NCBI GenBank assembly: GCA_024704765.1
Contig: JAKMXF010000347.1
Span: forward strand, 124,001 to 188,000
Origin: Oopsacas minuta
Taxonomy: Eukaryota; Animalia; Porifera
Direction: 5' to 3'
Length of the DNA: 64,000 bases
How positions within the stretch are numbered: position 1 is the first letter of the stretch; each line of letters opens with the position of its first letter. The notes below the pieces were generated by a model that was not told the origin of the DNA, did not search any database, and was given only the letters and a program-made list of their open reading frames with translations. Both the position numbers and the translations under genes were made by a program. Below are positions 33,156 through 46,000 of the stretch, piece after piece.

Positions 33156-34137
33156 ATGTTGTACAATTTCAAATCTAATAAATAATTTTTAATCTTGCTC
33201 AATTTGTAACTTTGTATGTATGAGCTCTATTGCTGTATGAATCTATCAGAATAAACAATTAACACATTCAACGCATTCTAGTTAGTAAATAATAGATCCG
33301 ATACAAATTAAACATTTTCTTCGAGCCTATAAGTCTAACACTAATACTAGGATTGAGTTGTAGATGACAGTATAAATAGATTTACAATTTGTGTATATAT
33401 ACCTTTATGGTTTATACTCTTATATAATCGTGAGCTTCTTTCCAACATTGAATTCTTAATGTATTATTATGGGCTTTGTAACTTTCACACTGTCAAATAT
33501 TGAGTCCTGTAGTGGAAACAGTTGGGAACACTGGAATATATTCGGAGTTGCAAATGGGTCACAGAAAGTGACTCATGATCCATGAGTCATCACACATTCA
33601 TATTATCCTATCTTTTCAAGTAAATGGAATTCGTTAATCATTTGCAAATTTGTGTAATTACTCGTACTAGCTAGAAATTCGTGCAAAATATGAATCGCTT
33701 ATATCTGAACTCCACTTTTCAATTATACCTTATTCATTCTATTAACAGTGGGCACTTTATATAGTTATATGCCATCTCCTATTTCTTATAAATTCTCTTA
33801 CCGTTAGTATGAATACGTGGCTTATATTTGAGGTATATCAAGTAACATTGGTATAATATCATTAATATGCCTCGGACAATTGGGTATATTAGTATAGAGG
33901 ATGTATCAGTAGAGGGTTTTAATACTCAATAGATCATTCCCTTTAAGTTACTTTCAAACAAATAGTGGCAGATAAGTATTATATTTAATGTATTGCATTC
34001 TATAATTATTATTCGAGTAATGTATACAGTAGTGACTATGACTGAACCTTATGAGCAGCGTACTACAGAATAATAATTCGACAGGATAGTTGATCTTTAA
34101 GAGATGGTCCTAACTTATCATGATTCTTGCTCTAGGG

Positions 34138-34283
34138 CAGTTGTCCCCAACCTGGGGTCCATTAGTGGTCTAAGCAGAGAATGTAAGGGGGTCCACAGGA
34201 CCTGGAACCTTGTATTATGGTCAATGGGAGGGGTAGCCAATCTATTATAGGGATCTATGGCTGAAAAAGGTTGGGAAACACTG
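34138..34283. mobile_element. 146-bp hAT (Buster/Charlie-type) MITE
   Basis: TIRs cagttgtccccaacct / aggttgggaaacactg. 8-bp TSD ctctaggg / ctctagga with central TA (NNNTANNN). Confidence 0.85.
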
Positions 34284-34291
34284 CTCTAGGA

Positions 34292-34990
34292 AATAGGACC
34301 GGACCGGACCAGACCGACCGGTTTCAGTTCGGCCCGGTCCGCTTTTTCTCAAGTGCGGTCTGGACTGGTATGTTGGTCTGGACCGATTCATAATCCTCGA
34401 TCGGACAAACGAGCACATACGTAAATTATAGGAAGCTAGAATAGATAAAAATATCAAATCACCGCCTGTGCCGACGAAATTTCATTAAACTTATTATAGT
34501 GGGTTTTGAATCTATAATTTTCCACTAAAATAATTAAATTAGCAAAGAAATGTTTGATTGTATGTAAATAATCGAGTTAGACATTTCAAAGTGTCAGATT
34601 CGAATAACTCCCCTGTTTACCACAAATTTAATGGTGGAAGTAAATGTCTAGGACAATTATGAAATTTTCCCAAAGGTGTGAAAATATGTTTAAAGCCTGT
34701 GTTAAAATGTGTGAATATAAAAAACTATAAATCTATATACATATACATAGGGGAGACACTTATATACTGTTTATACTATAAGTCAACCATTTAATACTGA
34801 GCCAATATAGAAAAGTCCCGCTTTTCGGACATGTATGAGGCTAATGGTCGCCAAAACTTGCCAAAAGCCTTAGTGCGACTGAACACGAATTGACCAGGTT
34901 GATGCTATCCGTCTGGAACGGTCCAAGATTTTGATCGTGCGGTCCGGACCTCCAGGTGATCCATGAAATTCCCGAACCGTTGCAACACTG
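34292..34990. mobile_element. Degenerate hAT-like remnants with (g)gaccg subterminal repeats
   Basis: ggaccggaccggacc/ggtccg arrays at 34296-34385 and 34918-34950; right end gaaccgttgcaacactg near 34974-34990. No matching left end found. Confidence 0.4.
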
Positions 34991-35301
34991 CTATACACAC
35001 AATCCATATCGTCAAAAATTTTCAGGACGAAATACCGTAACCAGATTGCTTTTTAGGTAATTATATTTCCAAAAATGCCCAATTTGGAAGCTCTGTAAAG
35101 AGACGATTATTGTATATATACGTTAGCAAAATTGTGACCATGGGCTCTGAGGATGTTTTCTTACAAAATAACAAAATTTTGTCATGATAAAAATTAGCAC
35201 GTTCCAGAGTTATAGTAGTGATCATGGATGACTCATTTTTGTCAATATTCACCATAACTTGACAACAATTTATATTATGACCAAATCAGCCTACAAACAT
35301 A

Positions 35302-35475
35302 TAGTATATACCTGACTTCCCATACCCTGATAATACAATTTGATATGATATCGCCAAAGGAAATTAAGTAGTCATCAATAATGCTAAATGGGGTAATATT
35401 CAGGATTGCGTCATAGTCGTAGGAGATATCAAATCGAAATGTATTATAAGGGTATGGGAAATCGGGTATATACTA
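35302..35475. mobile_element. 174-bp TA-target MITE with ~45-bp TIRs
   Basis: tagtatatacctgacttcccataccctgataatacaatttgatat matches the reverse complement of atatcaaat..tgtattataagggtatgggaaatcgggtatatacta. A second, partial copy lies at 60156. Confidence 0.8.
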
Positions 35476-35819
35476 ACATCGGCAATAGTGAGTTTGTTAT
35501 ATCATTGAGGGTTTTCGATTTATAAATAGGCATTGACGAAAAATTGCCACCCATGGCCACTACTGTAACTCAAGGACCTGCAGACTTTAGCATTACAAAT
35601 TTTTCATATGTTTACAAAGTATCGTTAGATCATTTCCTACATTAACTTTGAAATCAAAGATGCGATATTTAAGGTTCTACATGTCTTCAAAGATAGAGCA
35701 GGTTTTGAGGCATCATAATCTACATATCTGTATAATACATTTACTTGGGAATATAAGTACTGTTTGCGTAATAAAAACAATTATGTATACTCTACCATAC
35801 ACTACCATATCCCAGGTCA

Positions 35820-35995
35820 AAAATTCGAGGATGCGATAAGTACTAAAGTACAGGGAAGGGAAGTGAATATGCGTTCGAGCTAATTGTCATTCGAGATAGC
35901 GAACGGTTTTCTATATAAACCGAATAGTAAATGAAGGGGAAATGAATTCGTTCGAGATAAGGCATGTTCGAAGTAAACGGGCATTCGAGTTAGAA
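35820..35995 (+). mobile_element. Tigger/pogo-like MITE remnant with ttcgaga/ttcgag repeats
   Basis: Repeated ttcgag(a/c/t) motifs. ggatgcgataagtac..gaagtga..ttcgag recurs at ~58775-58830. Confidence 0.4.
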
Positions 35996-36084
35996 ATCTT
36001 AGCAAGAACCTTCATTAGATAATATTTTTCAAATTAGCTTGTCATCAGTCTAGTCAGGATTTGAGAAGGATTTGTTTATCCACC

Positions 36085-39000
36085 ATGTCTAATCATTGTC
36101 CTGATGTTGGGTGTATGTTCAGGACTGCCATACCAGCTGGGCTACCAGTAAGTGCCACAACATGCCCCTTTTGCCAAAAAAGTTTGGAATTAGTAGCAAT
36201 TTTACCGATACCTGAAGATGATCTGGGAAAAGAAGATAACAAAGCACATGAAGATGATAAAGTGCAAGAATATGTCAGAGCACAGGAAAATAATAGGGCA
36301 CAAGAAGAGCCTGTGCTTGGAGAGAATAATCCTACTTCTGATCAACATGATTTCATTGCTTCTGAACCAACACATAGGAAACTTAAACTCGTTATGTCTA
36401 ATATCGAGTCAGATGCCTCTCTATCTCTACCATCTACACCATTCATTTCACCGGTACACACATTTGATCATAATGCTGAGTATCATGGTGAACAGCCCAG
36501 AGGAGAGAATGTTTCTAATGTTAAAAAAAGGATCAAAAGTCTTTTTCGAAGAAAATCAGAATTACATTATAATAACCGTACAAGGATGAAGCAACGACAC
36601 GGACACAAGAGGCAATCTGTATTTGCGATTCATTTAGAATTACGAAGTCAAATGATAGGGAATAAGGATATACGTATTCAATTCAATACACTAATTCTCA
36701 GGGAATACTGTGAGCTGATAGATGAAATCAGTCTCCAGATTTACGATGACTGCCCAATTAAGAATTTTCAGACTACCTTTAAGAACTTTCAAGAATCAAA
36801 TGTTGTGGAGATAAGTGGTTTTGAGTTCAATATTTTTCACGTTATCTTGAAATTTCCTCCAAAATATATTTCTGATTTTCCGTACAAATATTGCTTGCAA
36901 TTAAGATCAGGTGTTGATATCGATGAACATCTACAACATCCTTCAGACACCCAACTTTAACCGCTATTTTATCTGGGATGCTGCTGTAAGCCAAATTCAT
37001 GATAATAAATATCAAAAATTTGATATGATGATACTACCGCAAATTCAGAGAGAGGGACCTATGGCCATATCACGGAGTAATAAATTGTTTCAATTTACAA
37101 ATGTCAAAAATAGACTAGTAGCATCATATCAAGCATTATTACCATCCAATTTTGGCTGTGGGTGCTCTCCAGAATGCCCCAACTTAGAGGATTACATAGA
37201 AAAATTCATGCATCGTGCAAAATCACTTTCTAATTTGTATCTACATGATCCGGATTTTGATGAATTGGAACAATGGACAGATTCAAGTATCATAAAACTA
37301 GTTAAAGCTTGGATAATTAAATGTTATTCTCCTGAATATAATGCTACCTTAGATGACCAATCAATTATTGCTAAGTTCTATCTAGCATGTTGTCTGATAA
37401 ATACTTACAGCATTCATAGTAATAGTTTGAATAAGCTAGTGATAGATATGATTGGGAATTCAATTCTAACCATTTTTAGGAACGAAAGTTATACATTGAA
37501 TGAAGCTATTTCTACAAATCCTGAGTTTAGAAACAAAATACAAACCGCACTCCATGAGTTTGTTTTAATAGTGTGATGCTAAGCAAATATCCTAAAAAGC
37601 TATTACTACTAATTCCCATCTATCACATGATTACTAACCTCAAAGCTAGTGCTGTTTCATTACATGAAAAGTGTAGATACACAGAAAACGAATATTGGGG
37701 ATTCCCTACTGATGTACAATTTTCTTGCCTAGAAAATATATCTTTTGATTCTGAAGAACTCCAATTAGCCCTTACCTTAGTCAAGTATGATGAACTTCTT
37801 TCGTATTCCATTGCTATATACACACTTAATGAAGGAAATGCGAAAAAATTTGTGAGCACTTTATCCACTCACAAGAATGTCCATTCCCATTGTCAGCTCT
37901 CATTAGTGTTTTATTATTCCGATTGAAGGTATCCAGGTCTAGTTCTAACCAAGACATCATTACTAAAAAATATGATAAATTGACATCAGAAGTTATAAGG
38001 TCATTAAGTATTGCTTTCCAGGACGATTCTAAATTTCTTTTCGATGATATCTTTCGACTCATTCAGCTGACTATCATTCTAGCAGTGCGGCTATCTACAT
38101 ACTTCGATCAAGAACAATTCGAGATCTGTTTAACATTAATTTCTGAAGCATATCAATACTGTTACCTTAAATCTCAACCTACAACTATCGTCCTCTCTGA
38201 AGAGATTTCAGAATTATTCACAGAATTTGTTATAAAGTGGTATAAGAATCAATTTAGAAAACGCGAAAATCATATAAGGATGTTATAAAAGAAATTGAAT
38301 TTTGGGAAAATATAATATCAAAATATTTCTCTCAGTCTACTGAATGGAAAGATAACTTCAGAAATTTCTTGAAAGATCGATTTACAGATACAAAAATAAC
38401 AACAGAATACATAATCAAAGTCCTAACTCTTCAACCTAAACAAGACATATTGCAGGAACTTTTTATCCATGAATTATATTCAAGATTAGCAAATTTAAAG
38501 TCTAAACAAGAAAAAGTGTCTATAGTCAAGCGTTTATATGAATATTTTTCTGAGATCAAACAACTAGGAAAATTGACTATAATATTTAGTCAGATATTAC
38601 TTGATGAAAAGAAGACTTTTTGCCAAAACATTCACTGGCATTTTGTTACCTGGCCTTTATGGAGAATATATTTTTCCTTTCTCTCTTTAGAAAATATTGA
38701 ACAAATTCTCTCTGAAGAAGCTATGGCTATGCTTGAAGATGCTAGTGTTCACTTTCTGTCTTTCTTAGAAACAATAAAACTTCAATCTATTAATGTAGGT
38801 AAGCTACAGCATATTGCTAAGAATAAAGGTTACTTCTCTGACATTATAACTCATTTCATACAGTTGAAGTGTTTATCCGGTAATGGATCTAAGGAAACTC
38901 TCGAAGAACTAGATGTATGTTTGAAAATGTTACATTGGTTCTTTGAGCAGATGCGCATGCTGAAAATACTTTATACATTTACTGGAAAATTCGATGAGAT

Positions 39001-40099
39001 TAATGATGAAAATATCGATGAATTTATAGGCAAGGAATTCGATGGTTACGAGATAGGAATGATCTGTTGTTCTACTGGAGAGAAGTTACAATTATCAATT
39101 GAATCAGATGCCGACATTAATAATATTGTGAATTTTACACATTTTGAATCATTATGCAAGATATGTGGGTCAATAGAAAAATCTTTCGTAATTACTGAAG
39201 TTTTTAAGGTTGTCATAAAGACTAAGTCCCTCCAAATGGATGAGTTTGATATATCAGTATTCTATGAGGCTCTTTGGTTACCTGCCTGGGATATTTGTGT
39301 TTTGCTTCTTAAAAATATTTCTAATGAATCCATACAAATATCAGTAATGTGTAAATATTTCGAAGTTACTGCAAACGATGGAGAAATCGAAAACGAACTG
39401 ATTTTACTCAATTTAGGATGTGAACAGTATCAAAAGATACAAAAAGCATTCAAAAAATCATTCAAGACTAGCGCACATAAGATTCACCTCTACTTCACAC
39501 TTAAACTGCGTTCTCAAGCTGCAATTCTTATCTGTGATTTAAAAGAAAAGCTCTCAATTAAAACAAACTTTGAGAGCATAGAAAGGATGAAAAATGCTAC
39601 TGATGTGTACTACGATAAGAAGATATCAGTAATGGATGATAAAGTAGGTGATGTTGCAAAGAATCTTGGGAAACTCTCTTCTTTTAATCTTGACGTAATT
39701 CAAGTCGTTATTGACAATATTGCTTTCATCAGATGGGTAAAGGAGAATATGATCGACTTAAATGAAGTGAAAGCTTTTGTCGATATATCCCTAACAGCCT
39801 GTGGAGGTAATCCAATGGAAACAGACAGAATTACGTGTTTCAGCTCTGTTTGTACAAACTTTTCTCCTCTCATATTCGGAATTGTTGAAAATACAAGTTA
39901 CGAGACGCTCACTGCTAGATGCGAGCAAATCATTGAGAATGTTGGAAACAATAAAGAACTAACTAAGCTGCTCAAGCAAGTCGGAAAAAATGTAACATTT
40001 TGGGAAGAAATGAAACGATCTCATGGTGCAGTTGAAGAGACTACATTGATAGAGTTGGATAATTTGATGAAATCTGGAGTTTTTTATTTTGAAGGTTAG
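36085..40099 (+). pseudogene. RNF213: Frameshifted N-terminal arm of RNF213 copy a (Zn-ribbon, linker, CBM20-like domain, stalk)
   Basis: Six abutting ORFs switch frame +1 (36950), -1 (~37560), -1 (~37915), -1 (~38275) and +1 (40080-85). Paralog b shows that the first is a single extra C (gac acc caac vs gac atc aac). Confidence 0.7.
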
Positions 40100-43000
40100 A
40101 GATTCATCCAATCTTTGTGATATAGTAAGGTTAAGAGTTGAGAGAGAAAACGAAAACGAAAAATTTTACAGTCTAGAGCAGTTGAAAGAGTTTCGAAGTA
40201 AACTCATGCTAGTAGTAAGCAAAAATGAACAATCAGGAGGCCCAACAAACTCAGATAGTTATGAAAAATCTCAACTATTTACACTCAAATTAGACAAAAT
40301 AATTGAGATAGCAAAAATAATAACCCAGTTAGCGGAGAGTGATCATCAGGGATATCTGAAATATCTCATTAACTTAACTGAAGCTGAAACAAGGTTAGAA
40401 GAAATCCACTCAAAACTGAATTCAATACTTCAAGTTTGGAGAAACATTATTGAAGAAGCACGAAATTCTCACTACTACTTGAACTACTATACTATATCTC
40501 AGATAGCTTTACTCCAAAAAGGTATCAAATCAGTTATTGAGGGTAGAAAAGATTCAGATCGAGAACAGCTATATCATCTACTCCGCTTGTTGAATAATGA
40601 AATTACTAAAAAAGATGTACAGCAGGCATTAAGAAAATCTGACATTATTTCTGAATATCTCAATCAATCAAGTTGTTCTGAATCCAACACCACACTAAGC
40701 ACTAAGGAAATGCAGCTTGCTGAAGTAGTAAGAAGGGAAACTGGGATAACTATGGATGATATTAAGGCTGTTATTCTGGAACTGAAAGAATATCAAAGTA
40801 GTTATGTCATCTCACAGAAATCAATTATATATTGGTGTAAAAGACGGCTAGCACATGCAACAGAAAGTTGCGAGTGTAAAGAACTTCCAGATACAGGATC
40901 AGTATTTCTTCCAATCGAAATATCTCTTACAAAAGGAGTTCCAATTGAACCACATTTAGATATCAATAAACTCGGAGATTTTCTAAAAGAAATACACAAT
41001 TCATGCACATCCAAAATCACAGGAGAACGAACGTTGCCTTACGATTTGATCTATGGAACACCAAATCTAGTTGTGATGCCATCAAGTGAGATTTTAGAAT
41101 TTCTCCTCTCTCTCTACCTGAGTGATAATGATAAATTTCCTTTACCATTTTACCATGAAGTATTGTTTTGTACTGATCAAACAACGAATGAAAATGTTGA
41201 AATCTTTTTTCGACGAGTATTGGATCAAGAAGAAAGCGTCTCTTATCTATTTTGCATGATTAATATAGAAAACTTGAAATACGAAGTTGCAGTTGAAACA
41301 TTTTCAAATTTCAAGAACATATCACAGGAGTATGAAAATAGAGAGAACGAGAAACCTGGAAAATCTAGATACAAACTTGTATTGATCTGTTCAGAAGAAA
41401 AGGAAGGATTCTCGTATTTGGCAACTGCCTTTGAAGACTACAAGAGGTCAATTCTTGTACACAATGAACAAGAAGAATTAAAAAGACATTTAAACAAGAG
41501 AATTTCTCCAGTGTATCGACGCGCCATTTACAAGAACAGACAATCTGCTTGGGTTATTGACAAGGAAAAGTCTAAAGTTAGAATTGTAGCGTCAAATAGT
41601 TCGGGTGCAGGTAAATCTCTATATATTCAGAATCTCAGGTCAGACATGTTAAGTCAAGGAGTTGTTCGTGAGGATGAGATAGAACAAGCAGTTGTAACTG
41701 TAGCTATTCATGGGAATCAAGCATCAGAGGACTATCTAGTTGATCAGCTGCTGAGTAGAAATGTAAGCATTGTGAAGCATGGAGTTATGTTCCATTTGGA
41801 TATTGCATCTACGGTTCAGTTAGGTCTAGAATCTATACTCTTCAAGCTGCTTATATTAGGCGGAGTTTGTAATAGATCAGGAATGTTATGGCACAGTAGA
41901 CATAAAGATTATTATGTAATAGAAATAACACTAAGCTCTGATCAAAATCAATTCTCCAAGTTCACCAGTCTTTTCCCAGTTGTACGCTGTATTCAACCCA
42001 CTGACGCTCTGGAAGCAACGGCGGATATTAACACACATACAGTCCATTTGCTTACATTAAGAAATGACCAATATCAGAGAGTGGATGCATACTTGAAGAC
42101 ACTAGATATAGGTCAGAACTTAGATAGTTTTGTATTTAAAAAAACACGAAAATTTAAATTCGACCATATTGAGAGATTAAATAGGACTCTAGAGAATTGT
42201 GGTATTGCTCAACCATCTTGGGCTGAAGTAAGAAATTTTACAAATTTTCTTGATAAACAGCTTTTGGATTGTGACAAATCTGTTTATTGCAAATCTAAGA
42301 TAATGGGACAGGAGTGGAATGGTTTCAAATCTTTTGTTGTAAAGTTCATGCTTAACATGTCTAAAGACTTTGCTACACCCGCTCTTGGGTCATGTTCCGA
42401 ACTAGCCCGTAATAATTTGGCCAAGTTTGAGATTTTGGATGAGCGCAGGTGGGAGAATAACTCACATCCATATATATTCTTTAATCCAGATGGACATACA
42501 ATGACTTTCTTGGGGTTCAATATATCAAAGCAAGGGCATCTACTCGACTCAGATAATCCATCTAAAATAATTAAAGAAAACATAATGGATCCTCAGCTTT
42601 ACACAACATTGAATGCGAATAGAGTCTTACTTCAGGAAGATTATAACCTACTTAGCAAAGTCGAAAAGATCGCGAAAATTGCTGGAGTTATGGGTATTGA
42701 TTTTGGTCTTAATCCAATAGACCCAGATCCATGTTATGTCTTAACACCTGACAACATTAGAAAGATTCTGGCTATTCTGATGCGATTCCGTTGCAACATA
42801 CCAGTAGTGATAATGGGAGAGACAGGCTGTGGAAAGACACGTCTCATCCAGTTCATGTGTTCATTGCAAGCTCTACAGACAGGAGCTACTAACATGTTAA
42901 TATTGAAAGTACATGGTGGTACTACTGAGAAAGATGTAAAGACTAAAGTAGAAGAAGCTGAGGTGCTAGCTATGAAGAATTTCCGTGACCACGATATTGA

Positions 43001-46000
43001 TACAGTATTGTTTTTTGATGAAGCTAACACTAGTCCAGCCATTGGTCTAATCAAAGAGATTATGTGTGACAGGAGAATGTATGGTAGACATATCAGTAGC
43101 GACATTAGACTACAGTTCATTGCAGCTTGTAATCCTTATCGTAGACATACAAAGGAGATGTTGAACAAGCTGAGTACTGCTGGTCTTGGATTCTTCACCA
43201 AAGCAAGTGAGACCACGGATAGACTGGGAGATATTCCTCTCCGTGAGTTAGTGTACAGGGTAATTGAGCTTCCTGCTAGTATGCTTCCATTGGTATGGGA
43301 TTTCGGTAAATTGAGCAACGATGTAGAGAAGGCTTACACGCGTGAGATAGTAGCAAAACACCTCCGAGATCGCAACAGTCCAATACAAGCACGTGATAAG
43401 ATAATAGTTGTCATAAGTAATGTACTTGCTGGTGCACAGAACTACATGAGAGAGAGGAAGGATGAGTGCAGCTTTGTGAGTTTAAGGGATGTAGAGAGAG
43501 CTATGCGAGTCATGTTATGGTTCTATAAAATACTCGATTATTTTCAACCACATAATACATCGTCACATCACGAACAACTAAGCCTTGTGAATTTGGACGA
43601 TGATGTTATTAATCTTAATGAGATGTTATTCATTCAGGGTCTTCTTAACGTAGGTGACTTCCTGCCGAAATCTATAAGAGTTTCAAAAAGTGACACACAC
43701 ATAAAGTCAATCAATCAGATTGACTACATAACATACAGTCTTATTCTGTCGTTAGCTGTTTGCTACAGAGCCAAACTTCAAGAAAGAGATGATTTTGATA
43801 TTAATATCGTTCGACGTTTCCAACATCCTCTCACGACAATTAGAGATCACAAGGTTATTCATAATGAAGTTGACAGATGTCAACAGCTGATTCTAGATGA
43901 GATGACCGTGGGAGCTAATATCGCTAAGAATAATGCTCTGAAAGAGAATGTATTTATGATGTTTGTGTGTATTGAACTTAAGATTCCTCTTTTCGTCATT
44001 GGTAAGCCAGGTAGCTCCAAATCTCTGGCAAAGTCTATCATTTCTAATTCAATGCAAGGTAGGCGGTGTCCAGATGGAAGTATTCTACAGAACTTTAAGC
44101 AAATCCAGATTATGTCATATCAGTGTAGTCAGCTGTCCACTGCAGATGGAATAATTGGAGTTTTTAATAATTGTAGAAACTTACAAAACAAGACGGGATC
44201 TGATGCATTCACAGCTTGTGTAGTCCTAGAAGAAGTAGGCTTGGCAGAAGATTCACCTCTGCTTCCTCTTAAAGTATTACATCCTCTTCTAGAAGATAGC
44301 AATTATGGTTCTGAGGAGGTTGAGACGGGCATTGGTCAAACGAAGCGAAGTGGTAGAGACGATCCAGATGATGAAATGAAGAATCGTGTGGCATTTATAG
44401 GAATTTCTAACTGGGCCCTTGATCCTGCCAAAATGAACAGAGGACTAATGTTGTCTCGAGGAGATCCAGATCTTAACGAATTAATCATTAGTGCAAAAGG
44501 AATTTGCGAATCCGTAGGTGTTCATCCAGAAATTCATAAGAGCATTTCTGAAAAAATCCCATCTTTGGCTAAAGCATATCACTACCTTACTTCAAATCAA
44601 GTTAAACGACAAGATAAAGAAGAAAGGACAGATTATTTTGGGCTGAGAGATTTTTACAGTTTAATAAAGATGCTTGTTTTCATTTGTAACGACAAAGATT
44701 CTAATCTGAATAGAGCGATCTTAGAGCATGCTGTTAAACGGAACTTTGGTGGAATATCAGGTGTAGATCCTGTTAGTGTATTTAATGAACTCGTGGAATT
44801 GCCAAAAGACAGTAAGAAAGTTCTAGATTCTTCTCCATTAGGGTTAATAACAGCGAACTTAACAAATCTTTCTCGCTCTTTCCACGGAGAGACTCGTTAT
44901 CTCCTGTTATTCACTGAGAACTATGCTGCTCTCACTATTTTGCTGCGTTCACCAGAAATGTGGCCTAAACATCAAGATGTCAATACACGTGTCATATTTG
45001 GATCTAGCTTTCCATGTGACCAGGAGTACTCTGCAGTTTGTCTTAACATCAATAGGATAAAGATGTACATGGAATCTGGTAAAACTATCATTTTGTTGAA
45101 TCTTGAGAATCTCTATGAATCTCTGTATGATGCTTTGAATCAGTACTACATGGTATTGAATAATCAAAGATATGTAGATCTGGGGTTAGGTACCCATCGA
45201 ATGAAGTGTCGTATTCACCAAGATTTCAAACTGATTGTAGTGGCCGACAAGGAAACTGTACAGGAAAGATTTCCTACCCCTCTCATTAATCGTCTTGAGA
45301 AACATTTCCTAACAATGTCAACAGTATTGTCTAAAGACACGGACAATGTCAAAATTTCTGAGCAACTAACTGAATGGGCAAAGAATTTTTCTACAATTGA
45401 TAATGATCATTCTAGATTAGAGGAGAGAGATTGCTTTATTGGCTATCAAAGTGATACTCCATCGTGCATTGTATTTCATGTCATAAAGGAGTACGAAAAT
45501 GGCACGGCTTTGGATGGACAATATCATTGTAGATCAGTGTTGGAGAGAAGTCAGACTCTATTTCTAAAAATGGCTACTACAGATGCTGTATTACGTGTGA
45601 AGAACAGTCTCCTCTCTGAAAAATCTGATGAACTAATAGACGAGTATTTTAAACTGGGGCTAGGCAGTCTTGAGGAGTATTTGCTAAAGGTGATGGATGA
45701 TAAATGTAATAATACATTAGGGGCACATCTTACACTCACTACAACACACTCAAGAATTATGACAGACAAAGATGTGGATGAGTTGAATAGACGACTATAT
45801 TCAAGTGCAAATACAAATACAATTGAGATAACAAACCTTTCTCTTCACCAATTCCAGACAGAGCAACAGTACTCTCGTGAGATTCAGAAGTTCTTGAGAG
45901 GAAGAGGGTTAGTGATGAAAGGGGACTGTTACAAAAAGATACTCCTGGTTCAGTGTGAAAGAGGAGCAGATAATGCTAAGCTGATAACTTGTGCTCGTCT

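Noticed and set aside
34103-35890. Duplicated promoter shared by RNF213 a and b (matches to 61321, 60156, 58775)
   Set aside because: The three matches occur in reversed order upstream of copy b, so they are better explained as independent interspersed-repeat copies. True paralogy starts only ~50 nt before the ATG.
10142-37100. Glycogen-themed functional cluster (AGL, OGA, CBM20-like domain of RNF213)
   Set aside because: The genes are 20+ kb apart on opposite strands, and RNF213 is multicopy. Coincidence is sufficient.
36900-40100. Programmed ribosomal frameshifting or micro-introns in RNF213a
   Set aside because: Five shifts in both directions, with no shared slippery heptamer or stimulator, and no GT-AG of usable size at the junctions. 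Paralog b shows the first is a plain 1-nt insertion.
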